Assembly: GCA_963768175.1 (NCBI GenBank)
Contig: CAVYGQ010000001.1
Location: forward strand, 100,481 to 164,480
Source: Candidatus Doudnabacteria bacterium
GTDB taxonomy: Bacteria > Patescibacteriota > Doudnabacteria > UBA920
Reading direction: 5' to 3'
Length of the DNA stretch: 64,000 nt
The translations under genes and the position numbers were made by a program. Each line of letters opens with the position of its first letter. Positions within the stretch are counted from its first letter, which is position 1. The notes beneath the pieces were generated by a model, which saw only the letters and a program-made list of their open reading frames with translations, was not told where the DNA came from and made no database searches. Shown here in pieces: positions 1 to 8,245 of this stretch.

Positions 1-1
1 T

Positions 2-1294
2 AACCACTCGTCTTTGCATTTAATGGGGATGGTCAGTCCGGGCGGCGTACATAGTTTTGACGAACATCTATACGCTTTGCTTTCAATGGCCGCGGACTTG
101 GGCCAAAAAAAAGTCTACATACACATGTTTACCGATGGGCGGGATACCGACCAAAAAATCGCCACAGAGACTTTAAAAGTGTTTTATGAAAGAATTGGCC
201 GTGCCGGCGTGGGCAAAATTGCTACTGTTACCGGACGTTTTTACGCCATGGACAGAGGCGGGCATTTTGGCCAGACGTTGATGACTTATCAGGCCTTGGT
301 GGAAGGCAAAGGCGATATTGCCCATTCGGCCGAGGAAGCGATAAAAAACAGTTATAAGGCGCAAATTTTTGATGAAATGATAAAGCCTACGGTTATTGTT
401 GACGAAGAAAACCAGCCGGTGGGCAAGATTTCCGATAATGATTCCGTGATTTTTATAAATTTCCGTTCCGACAGGGCGCTTCAGCTGTCACAGGTTTTTA
501 TCCAGCCCGAAATTCTGCCCGAGGAGATGCGCCCAAAACCATTGCAGAATTTATTTTTTGCCACCATGACCGAGTACGCTCCGGATTTGCCGGCAAAGGC
601 CGCTTTTGGGCCGGTAAGCCTGAAAAATAATCTGGCCGAAGTTATCTCCGACCGCGGTTTAAGCCAGTTCCATATTGCCGAGAGCGAAAAATACGCCCAC
701 GTTACGGCCTTTTTCAATTGCCGCAAGACCGAAAAATATCCGGGCGAGGAACGGGAAATTGTCACCAGCCCGGAAAATAACGCCCGTAATTATGTTGATC
801 ATCCGGAAATGTCTGCGGAAACATTGACCGATATTTTAACGCAGAAAATATTATCCACCGAGACGAATTTTTTTGTGGCCAATTTTGCCAACACCGACAT
901 GGTGGGGCACACCGGAAATTTACAGGCTGGGATTGAAGCCGTGGAGTTTATTGACGGATGCTTAAAGAAAATTATGGATGCGTGCTTAATGAGTGATTCC
1001 GCGCTGATAATTACGGCCGACCACGGCAACTGTGAGCAAATGATAAACACCAAAACCGGCGATATAGATAAAGACCATACCACCAATCCGGTGCCCTTTT
1101 TGCTGGTGGCTAATGAATTTAAGTTCTCCAAACCTTCAGGCCATGATTATTCTTTTTTGGCCGCGCGCGTGCCTGCCGGCGTAATTTCCGACGTCGCACC
1201 CACGATTTTAGAGCTTTTTGGCCTCCCTAAGCCCGTGGAGATGACGGGGGTTAGTTTGTTTACCGAAATAGACGTCGTGCCGAGGAAGAAATAA
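2..1294 (+). CDS. gpmI: 2,3-bisphosphoglycerate-independent phosphoglycerate mutase (iPGM), 5'-truncated by window start
   Basis: The reading frame is open from base 2, so the N-terminus lies upstream of the window. The translation contains the GGVHSF motif, a metalloenzyme core (TDGRD, ADHGN) and a C-terminal alkaline-phosphatase-like domain typical of iPGM. Confidence 0.88.
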   Translation, partial: NHSSLHLMGMVSPGGVHSFDEHLYALLSMAADLGQKKVYIHMFTDGRDTDQKIATETLKVFYERIGRAGVGKIATVTGRFYAMDRGGHFGQTLMTYQALVEGKGDIAHSAEEAIKNSYKAQIFDEMIKPTVIVDEENQPVGKISDNDSVIFINFRSDRALQLSQVFIQPEILPEEMRPKPLQNLFFATMTEYAPDLPAKAAFGPVSLKNNLAEVISDRGLSQFHIAESEKYAHVTAFFNCRKTEKYPGEEREIVTSPENNARNYVDHPEMSAETLTDILTQKILSTETNFFVANFANTDMVGHTGNLQAGIEAVEFIDGCLKKIMDACLMSDSALIITADHGNCEQMINTKTGDIDKDHTTNPVPFLLVANEFKFSKPSGHDYSFLAARVPAGVISDVAPTILELFGLPKPVEMTGVSLFTEIDVVPRKK

Positions 1295-1427
1295 GATTGA
1301 CAAAAATTTGTTAAAATTTGTTTGCTTCCAGTATGGTCGGCTAAGGGACTGGCTTTTTTTATCCAGCACCTTTTTAAGGTGTTTGGATTTATTTGGCTGA
1401 AAAATGCTAGAATGAAGTTATCCTTTA

Positions 1428-1513
1428 TTCGGCGTCATCCTGAGCGGAGCGAAGGATCTCTTTCTAGGTTGAGATTCTTCGGTCGGATGCTACTGCTTCA
1501 GAATGACGCCGAA
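1428..1513. repeat. Palindromic hairpin element, family 1 (core GGCGTCATCCTGAGCGGAGCGAAGGATCTC and its reverse complement)
   Basis: An inverted repeat, ttcggcgtcatcctgagcggagcgaagg ... cttcagaatgacgccgaa, lies just upstream of recJ. Related copies occur at 3160-3247, 8594-8698, 29472-29542, 30770-30870, 30958-30995 and 32128-32172. Confidence 0.8.
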
Positions 1514-1524
1514 AAACCATAATT

Positions 1525-3408
1525 ATGCCTAAAATTTGGAAAGTAAAAACCAAAATTCCCGATGACATCGCGCAAAATTTATCGGAGTATCCGGAACTTT
1601 TGCGGCAGCTGTTTTTTAATCGTGGATTGACGGGAAAAGACCAAATTCAGGATTTTTTGGAGCCAAAATACGAAAATCTATACAGCCCGTTTTTGTTTAA
1701 AGATATGGAAAAGGCGGTGGAGCGGATTTGGCAGGCAATTGACCGGAGTGAAAAAATTTGTATTTATGGCGACTATGATGCCGACGCGATTACTGCCAAC
1801 GCGGTGCTGGCGCAGACGTTTAAATATTTAGGCGTTGAGATTTTATCGTACATCCCTGACAGGTTTACCGAAGGATACGGCATTAATATCGATGCTCTGT
1901 TAAAGATAAAGGATGAAGGATCAAAGATAATCATAACCGTTGATTGCGGCACTAATTCCGCTGACGCGGCAGAGTTTTGCAAAAAAAATAATATCGATCT
2001 AATTATTACCGACCATCATGAAATCATCGGAGAGGTTCCTGATGCTTACGCGCTGATAAATCCCAAAAATCCCGATGACAATTATCTATACCGCGATATT
2101 ACGGGAGTCGGGGTGGCATTTAAGCTGGCTTGCGGGATTTTATCAAAACGTGAAAAAATTATCGCGCGTTTTGAACCCTCACCCCTAGCCCCTCTCCCAA
2201 AGGGGGAGGGGAAGCCCGGAGTTGTGGGATGGGAAAAGTGGCTGCTTGATTTGGTGGCCATCGGCACGGTGGCGGATTGCCACAGCCTACTGGGGGAGAA
2301 TCGGATATTAGTAAAGTATGGTTTAAAAGTTTTGGCCAAGACGAAGTGGATTGGTTTACGCGCGTTGATGGAATCCGCGGGTTTGGCAGAGGTGTCCCCT
2401 CTGCAGCAGAGGGGACACCTCTGCCCGTTGAAGCCGCTTGATACCTATACCCTAGGCTTTATCATCGCGCCGAGATTAAACGCGGCGGGCAGGCTGGAGC
2501 ATGCCGGCATTGCTTTGGATCTATTGCTGGAAACCGATGCCAATCGCGCAAACGAAAAAGCCCGCAAACTGGAAGCCATAAATACGCGCCGGCAGGGGCT
2601 GACTGCGGAGGTGTTAAGCGAGGCCAAGGAAAAGGTCTTATTGCTTAAGGAAAGAAAAGTTTTGGCACTTGTAGGTGAAGGTTGGCCCAAAGGCGTAATG
2701 GGCCTGGTCGCCGGTAAATTGGCCGAGGAATTTTATAAGCCTACGATTGTGTTGGAAAAAACGGAGAATTTATGCACTGGTTCGGCCAGAACCGCCGGCA
2801 AGTTTGATATTTTGGAGGCTTTAAAGTTTTCTTCCGAGCATTTGTCCAAATTTGGCGGCCATAAACAGGCCGCTGGTTTGAGTTTAGAGGCCAATAAATT
2901 TGACCTTTTTTACCAGAAACTATTGGAATATGCCGAGGTAAAAATTGCGCCGGAATCGGCACAAAAAGCCCTTGAGCTGGAAGCAAAACTTGAGGGTCAT
3001 GACCTAATACCTAACACCTATAACCTAATATCTAAACTCCAGCCATTCGGCGTGGACAATCCCACTCCAAAATTTTTAGTTTCCAATCTTGAAGTTTCAT
3101 CAATCCGCATGGTCGGCAAGCAAACCCAGCATTTGCAGGTGAGATTTATATTGCCTTTTCGGCGTCATTCTGACCCTGAGCGGAGCGAAGGGGAAGAATC
3201 TCAATCAAAAGGAGAGATCCTTCGCTCCGCTCAGGATGACGCCGGGGTGAGTGGCAGGGAAATCGCCGGTATTATGTTTAATGCGCCGGATTTTGCCAAA
3301 ACTTTGAAAATCGGCGATACTGTAGATGTCGCGGCAGAGTTAATTGAGGACGGGTGGAACGGGAAGAGGGAAGTGAAGTTGCGCATCGTAGACCTAAAAA
3401 TTATCTAA
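1525..3408 (+). CDS. recJ: Single-stranded-DNA-specific exonuclease RecJ (DHH/DHHA1), with three in-frame palindromic insertions
   Basis: The DHH motifs (ICIYGDYDADAITA, IITDHH) and a DHHA1 region with an OB-fold C-terminus are present. Extra peptide segments are encoded by palindromes at 2189-2211, 2387-2423 and 3160-3247. Confidence 0.9.
   Translation: MPKIWKVKTKIPDDIAQNLSEYPELLRQLFFNRGLTGKDQIQDFLEPKYENLYSPFLFKDMEKAVERIWQAIDRSEKICIYGDYDADAITANAVLAQTFKYLGVEILSYIPDRFTEGYGINIDALLKIKDEGSKIIITVDCGTNSADAAEFCKKNNIDLIITDHHEIIGEVPDAYALINPKNPDDNYLYRDITGVGVAFKLACGILSKREKIIARFEPSPLAPLPKGEGKPGVVGWEKWLLDLVAIGTVADCHSLLGENRILVKYGLKVLAKTKWIGLRALMESAGLAEVSPLQQRGHLCPLKPLDTYTLGFIIAPRLNAAGRLEHAGIALDLLLETDANRANEKARKLEAINTRRQGLTAEVLSEAKEKVLLLKERKVLALVGEGWPKGVMGLVAGKLAEEFYKPTIVLEKTENLCTGSARTAGKFDILEALKFSSEHLSKFGGHKQAAGLSLEANKFDLFYQKLLEYAEVKIAPESAQKALELEAKLEGHDLIPNTYNLISKLQPFGVDNPTPKFLVSNLEVSSIRMVGKQTQHLQVRFILPFRRHSDPERSEGEESQSKGEILRSAQDDAGVSGREIAGIMFNAPDFAKTLKIGDTVDVAAELIEDGWNGKREVKLRIVDLKII
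3160..3247. repeat. Family-1 palindromic element inserted in-frame in recJ
   Basis: ggcgtcattctgaccctgagcggagcgaagg ... ccttcgctccgctcaggatgacgcc encodes FRRHSDPERSEGEESQSKGEILRSAQDDAG without interrupting the ORF. Confidence 0.8.
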
Positions 3409-3483
3409 ACATCTAAACATATAAACATTTAAGCATTCAGTAGTTGCTTATATGTTTGCATGTTTAAATGTTAATATGTTTAT

Positions 3484-3885
3484 ATGAAACTTATCATCAA
3501 CACCGACGGCGGGGCGCGCGGTAATCCCGGGCCGGCGGGGATTGGCGTTGTAATTGCCGATGGCGTTGGGCATATCATCAGCCGCCACAAAAAATATATC
3601 GGCGAAGCGACCAATAACGTAGCGGAATATAAGGCCTTGATTTTGGCGTTAAAGGAAGCGCACAAGCTCAAAACTGATCAACTGTTGGTAAATATGGATA
3701 GCGAACTAATAGTCCGGCAAATGCAGGGCAGGTATAAAATAAAAGAGCTGTCGCTCAAGCTTTTGGCGGCGGAAGCGTTAAAACTCATCAGCCAATTTAA
3801 AAACGTGATTTTCCATCACGTCCCCAGAGAACAAAATAAGGAAGCGGATAAACTGGTAAACGAGGCGATAGATAAAGTTATCTAA
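3484..3885 (+). CDS. rnhA: RNase H family protein (type 1 RNase H-like)
   Basis: The translation carries the DGGARGNPGPAGIG..EATNNVAEYKALILAL pattern of the RNase HI fold with DEDD catalytic residues. Its size (133 aa) is consistent. Confidence 0.7.
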   Translation: MKLIINTDGGARGNPGPAGIGVVIADGVGHIISRHKKYIGEATNNVAEYKALILALKEAHKLKTDQLLVNMDSELIVRQMQGRYKIKELSLKLLAAEALKLISQFKNVIFHHVPREQNKEADKLVNEAIDKVI

Positions 3886-5182
3886 TCACCAAACTTTTTA
3901 ACTCGCCGTTGTCCAAAAGCAAAACGTTTTGGCCGGCGGAGTCTATATAAAACTTTTTTACATCAGTCCCTTGGTAAAGCTGGTACTGGTTTTGGTTATC
4001 GCGCGTGTCCAGTTCTATGGCCATAAGCTTTTCGCCTTGGAAATAGAAAGCGTTGCCGATGGAATTTAAAATTTTAGGGTTGGTCAAAGTTTCGCTGCTG
4101 CGCGTGACAAAGTTTAAATTTTCGCCTAACGGGTCATAATAATCCAATTCGCCGGAATGAATTACGGATAAAAGGGAATCGCTGGGGTTAAAACTGAAGC
4201 CGGAAATATTGTCAGCAAGCTGCTGCATGCCGGAACTTACTGAGTAAAGCTTCGTATCTGCCAGCAGAAAAATTTCTTTTTCAAAAGTTACAAACAATAC
4301 GCCAAAGTTAAAGGCAGGCAGGGTATCGGCCAAGTCCTGGCTTACGGAAAAGGGCGCCTGGCTTACGAAGAGAGCGTAATTTTGGCCTTTTTGCTGGACA
4401 AAATACAGCGCTCCACCCTCGGGGGAAAAAGTTTTGACCCCGGAAAATAGGACAATTTTGGTTTTGGTTGCCGGGTTTATTGAATATAAAACATTGTTGC
4501 TTAAGGCGTAAAGCCCTCCGTCATCCCCGAATTGCAACTCAGGCAGTGTGCCAAATAGACTGCTTATGTCGTAAATTTCTCCCACGTTTTGGTTGAAAAT
4601 CAGCAAAACCGGGGAAGAGGTAGCGGCTTGGGAATTAGTAAGGGCAAAAATTTTTCCGGCTCCATCCTCGGCTAAAATTTTGTTTACGTTTTTTGGCAGG
4701 CTATAGGTTTGCGCGGCATCGGGATTATCTAAAACGGAAGTTACTAAGCCGCCTTTGGTCAAATAAATAAAATTTTTATCGTGGCTGTAAAAGTCCAAAA
4801 CTCCCTGGACCAGATTTTGAACCGAAGGATTTTTTAAAAATAAATAAATGTTGCCGAAAGAGGGGTTGGCCCAAGTTACCTGCCCGGCTTCAATAGTCAG
4901 CCTTTTGGTCCAATCTGAGTAGCCGGGTTTTTTTAAGCTGACCGTGTAACTGCCGGGCAAAAGGAAGGTCAGGTCCCCCTGGCTTTGGCGTTTTTGTTGG
5001 CCGTCCAAAAAGATCGCCGCGTCTTGGGGGTTGCTGCGCACCGCTAAAATTCCGGTCTGAACAAAACTCTTGCTGTCAAAATCAAAGCCGACGCCTTTTA
5101 CGTAAAGCACAATTATCGGAGCGGCTATGAGGAAAAAAATAAAACCTATAGCGATAATAAAATAACGGCTTTTTCTGGTCAT
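3878..5182 (-). CDS. Membrane-anchored PEGA-domain protein with beta-rich extracellular region
   Basis: It has an N-terminal TM helix and a PEGA-like segment (ILAVRSNPQDAAIFLDGQ...PGSYTVSLKKPGYSDW). No catalytic motifs were seen. Confidence 0.5.
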   Translation of the reverse strand: MTRKSRYFIIAIGFIFFLIAAPIIVLYVKGVGFDFDSKSFVQTGILAVRSNPQDAAIFLDGQQKRQSQGDLTFLLPGSYTVSLKKPGYSDWTKRLTIEAGQVTWANPSFGNIYLFLKNPSVQNLVQGVLDFYSHDKNFIYLTKGGLVTSVLDNPDAAQTYSLPKNVNKILAEDGAGKIFALTNSQAATSSPVLLIFNQNVGEIYDISSLFGTLPELQFGDDGGLYALSNNVLYSINPATKTKIVLFSGVKTFSPEGGALYFVQQKGQNYALFVSQAPFSVSQDLADTLPAFNFGVLFVTFEKEIFLLADTKLYSVSSGMQQLADNISGFSFNPSDSLLSVIHSGELDYYDPLGENLNFVTRSSETLTNPKILNSIGNAFYFQGEKLMAIELDTRDNQNQYQLYQGTDVKKFYIDSAGQNVLLLDNGELKSLVIR

Positions 5183-5252
5183 GGTTACTATATTTTAGCG
5201 TAATTTTGCCGTTGTTACAATTGGTTAGGTTTGGTATAATAAGAGCTGTTTG

Positions 5253-5352
5253 TATAATCCGAATTATCCGAATACTGCAATCCAAATGACCCGAATGGGG
5301 GAACGGATAGATTTGGGGCATTCGGATATTAATTCGGGGTATTAGGATTATA
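5253..5352. repeat. ~100-bp inverted-repeat (MITE-like) element, copy A, immediately upstream of mreB
   Basis: tataatccgaattatccgaatactgcaatccaaatgacccgaat ... cattcggatattaattcggggtattaggattatat. The same arms occur at 11212-11658 and 13926-14022. Confidence 0.8.
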
Positions 5353-5357
5353 TTTCC

Positions 5358-6365
5358 ATGTTTGAAACGAAAATCGGCATAGATTTGGGCACGGCCAATA
5401 CTTTGGTTTACGTGCCCAAGCGGGGGATTATTATTAACGAGCCAACCGTGGTTGCCATTTCTTTGGAGGACAACCGTATTTTGGCAGTGGGGCAGGAAGC
5501 TAAGGAAATGCTCGGCCGCACTCCGGAGACGATTGTCGCCTCGCGCCCCATGAAAGACGGCGTAATTGCCGACTACCGCGTAACCGAAGCTATGCTCCGC
5601 TATTTTATCAATAAGGCTTTGGGCAACATCAGGTTTTTTAGGCCCGAGGTTATGATTTCCGTTCCGGGAGGGATTACTTCTACGGAAAGAAGGGCGGTTG
5701 TGGATGCGGCGCTCGCGGCCGGCGCCAAGGCGGCCTACGTGATAAAGGAAACCGTGGCCGCGGCTATTGGCGCGGGGATTCCCATAGCCGAAGCCAGGGG
5801 CAATTTGGTCATTGATGTCGGCGGCGGTACTACGGACGTGGCGGTATTATCTTTGGGCGGAATAGTTAATTCCACTTCCGTGCGCGTGGCCGGCAACCGG
5901 CTGGACCAGGCCATAGTGGATTTTGTCAGGAGAAAACACAGCTTGGCCATTGGTGACCGCACGGCCGAGGAAATTAAAATTACCATCGGCAGCGCCGTAA
6001 TTCTAAATGAAGAAGAACTTATGGAAGTTAAGGGCCGCGATATGATTTCCGGCTTGCCTAAAACCGTTACGGTTGCCTCTAACGAGGTGGTTCAGGCCAT
6101 TACCGAGGATCTTTTGGAAATTGCCAAGGCGGTAAAAACCGTGCTTCAGGATACCCCGCCGGAACTGGCTTCGGATATTATAGACAAAGGCATGGTTTTA
6201 ACGGGCGGAACGGCACTGTTGCGCAATATAGATCATTTTATTTCCCAGAGCGTGGGCGTTCCCTGTTTTGTGGCCGAAGATCCGCTTTTGTCCGTAGCCA
6301 AAGGTACGGGCGTGGCTTTGGATAACCTTGATAGTTATAAAAAGAGCATTTTAAGCGCGAAATAG
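5358..6365 (+). CDS. mreB: Rod shape-determining protein MreB (actin-like ATPase)
   Basis: The N-terminus IGIDLGTANTLVYV, the phosphate-binding motifs and the 335-aa length are typical of MreB. Confidence 0.95.
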   Translation: MFETKIGIDLGTANTLVYVPKRGIIINEPTVVAISLEDNRILAVGQEAKEMLGRTPETIVASRPMKDGVIADYRVTEAMLRYFINKALGNIRFFRPEVMISVPGGITSTERRAVVDAALAAGAKAAYVIKETVAAAIGAGIPIAEARGNLVIDVGGGTTDVAVLSLGGIVNSTSVRVAGNRLDQAIVDFVRRKHSLAIGDRTAEEIKITIGSAVILNEEELMEVKGRDMISGLPKTVTVASNEVVQAITEDLLEIAKAVKTVLQDTPPELASDIIDKGMVLTGGTALLRNIDHFISQSVGVPCFVAEDPLLSVAKGTGVALDNLDSYKKSILSAK

Positions 6366-6444
6366 GATTTTTTTGTAATTTGATTAAAATTTAAAATTAT
6401 CCTATAATAAAAACAAATCAATTTAAAATCCGAAACAAAAATAT

Positions 6445-6915
6445 ATGGCAAGGAAATCTTTGTATCTATTTTTGGCCGCTCTTTTAGGGACGCTTTTGTT
6501 TTTGATTGCCCATCAGGTAGTGTATTTTATTTACATTTACATGCTTAGCGCGGGGCTTGTAACCACCGGTATGAGCTATGTGGAATTTTTGGCCATTGAA
6601 TACTTTACCCTGACTATTACCCTTTTGCTCGGCGCGTGGTATGGTATTTGGCTGGGCCTTTATTGGTACGAAAAAGTTTATGAAGAAAAAAGCCATAAGG
6701 GTTTTGTGCACCATGTGGCGGTTAACTATTTTCCCGGCCCCAAACCTAAAGCTCCGGAAAGCCAAATGGCCCAAGTCAAGGAGCGTCTGGAGGAAAATTT
6801 GTGGCGACTGGAAGATTTGGCCAAAAGTGAAGCAAGTTTGCCGCCCATGGTTGAGCCGGAGCCAATTAAGTGTAGGGTTGTGCGTAAGCGCGCGCCAAAG
6901 AAGTTACAACAGTAG
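6445..6915 (+). CDS. Hypothetical membrane protein
   Basis: Several TM helices are followed by a charged C-terminus. No recognisable motifs were found. Confidence 0.4.
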   Translation: MARKSLYLFLAALLGTLLFLIAHQVVYFIYIYMLSAGLVTTGMSYVEFLAIEYFTLTITLLLGAWYGIWLGLYWYEKVYEEKSHKGFVHHVAVNYFPGPKPKAPESQMAQVKERLEENLWRLEDLAKSEASLPPMVEPEPIKCRVVRKRAPKKLQQ

Positions 6916-7089
6916 GCTTACGCGTTAGACAAATAATAGTGTTCGACCTTGTGGAGAACCTATTATTTGTCATAATTCCTTAAGCTTTTTTAGAAAAATA
7001 TCTTCTCCACAAGGTCGAAGGATATTTTTCTAACGATAGTTTCGTGAAATGCGTGAGTGCCGTTTAGTTTCAAATAATTTGATGTCTCC

Positions 7090-7470
7090 ATGACCCCCAA
7101 AAAATTCTTGTTGCTACTTTTTGTACAATGGCTGGTTTTGGCTTTGCTCAAAGCCTGGTTTTTTAACAGCCAAATTTTTTCCAATCCCGGCTTCCAGCAA
7201 ACTATTTATTGGATTTTAACGGCAGCAATTACAGCGGCTTTAATAAGGCGTTTTGAACATATAAACTTTTTGGAAGCATTTTTCGTGATTATCGCCTGGA
7301 CTTTGCTGGATTTGCTCTTAGATCTTATTGTGCTCAGTCCCTATACCGGCGTATCTATTTATTCCGCTCCGGAATATTGGTGGGGCATTGTTGTTATGGT
7401 TACATCTATTTTGCTTTTTCATAAAAAGCGCCATATTAAAGTCCGGCACGATTTGCGAGCGCATCATTAG
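7090..7470 (+). CDS. Hypothetical membrane protein
   Basis: The ORF encodes four predicted TM helices. Confidence 0.4.
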   Translation: MTPKKFLLLLFVQWLVLALLKAWFFNSQIFSNPGFQQTIYWILTAAITAALIRRFEHINFLEAFFVIIAWTLLDLLLDLIVLSPYTGVSIYSAPEYWWGIVVMVTSILLFHKKRHIKVRHDLRAHH

Positions 7471-7479
7471 AGTTGAAAG

Positions 7480-7857
7480 ATGAATATAAGAACGGCTCTT
7501 CCCAAAGATTTCGAAAGAATCAAGGTATTGATTGCCAGACATCCTAAACAGCTTATTCAGATTAACCTGCCAAAGCCGAAGGATTTTTTTGTGGCGGAAA
7601 AGGACGGTGAAATAATCGCCTGTTGCGCTTTGGAGGTATATTCCAAAAGAATGGCGGAGATTCGTAGCTTGGTGGTGGACCAGCGTTATTGGAGGCAGGG
7701 GATTGCCTCTAAGTTAATTAAGGAGTGTTTAAAAAAAGCTAAAAAATTTAAGGTTTACGAGGTACTTGGCGTGACCGGCTCGGTGTTGTTGTTTGAAAAC
7801 CAGGGCTTTAAAATGTTTAATAACGAGAAATACGCGCTGTTGAAAATCATGAAGTAG
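7480..7857 (+). CDS. GNAT family N-acetyltransferase
   Basis: An acetyl-CoA binding motif, VVDQRYWRQGIASKLI (Q/RxxGxG/A), is present. Confidence 0.7.
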   Translation: MNIRTALPKDFERIKVLIARHPKQLIQINLPKPKDFFVAEKDGEIIACCALEVYSKRMAEIRSLVVDQRYWRQGIASKLIKECLKKAKKFKVYEVLGVTGSVLLFENQGFKMFNNEKYALLKIMK

Positions 7858-8068
7858 GTGTGCGCGAACGAGAACCAGATATCTAACGACGGAGAATATC
7901 CGTTGTTTTTTGTTGTTCACACCCCAAAGCTTTAGCGAAGGGGTGTGAACAACTTTAGTTGCAAAAAGGTTCACCCAGCGCTAATTTACGCTGGTTTATT
8001 ATTGATGCTGGTTTAAAATTAAGCGATTGACTTTAAGACTGTTTATGAGTATATTTAAATTAGTGCTG

Positions 8069-8090
8069 GGTGAACGAGCGTATACTATAT
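8069..8090 (+). promoter_or_regulatory. Candidate LexA operator (SOS box) in the dinB promoter
   Basis: GGTGAACGAGCGTATACTATAT matches GGTGAACGTTCGTATATTGTAT upstream of lexA (35562-35585) at 20 of 22 positions. It overlaps a TATACT -10-like hexamer. Confidence 0.45.
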
Positions 8091-8245
8091 CAATATAAAC
8101 ACTAAATCCTAAAAACTAAAAACTAAACAAATTATAAATTCTAAAATATAAAGTACAAACTGCTCCGTTTAAGGTTTCTGTTTAAAAATTTATGATTTAT
8201 GGTTTGTTTAGAGTTTAGAAATTAGATTTTAGATTTTTTGAATTT

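Noticed and set aside
1322-1522. ORF 1322-1522 as a gene
   Set aside because: Most of it is the family-1 palindromic element. Translated hairpin repeats (…RHPERSEGSLS…) are a known source of spurious ORFs.
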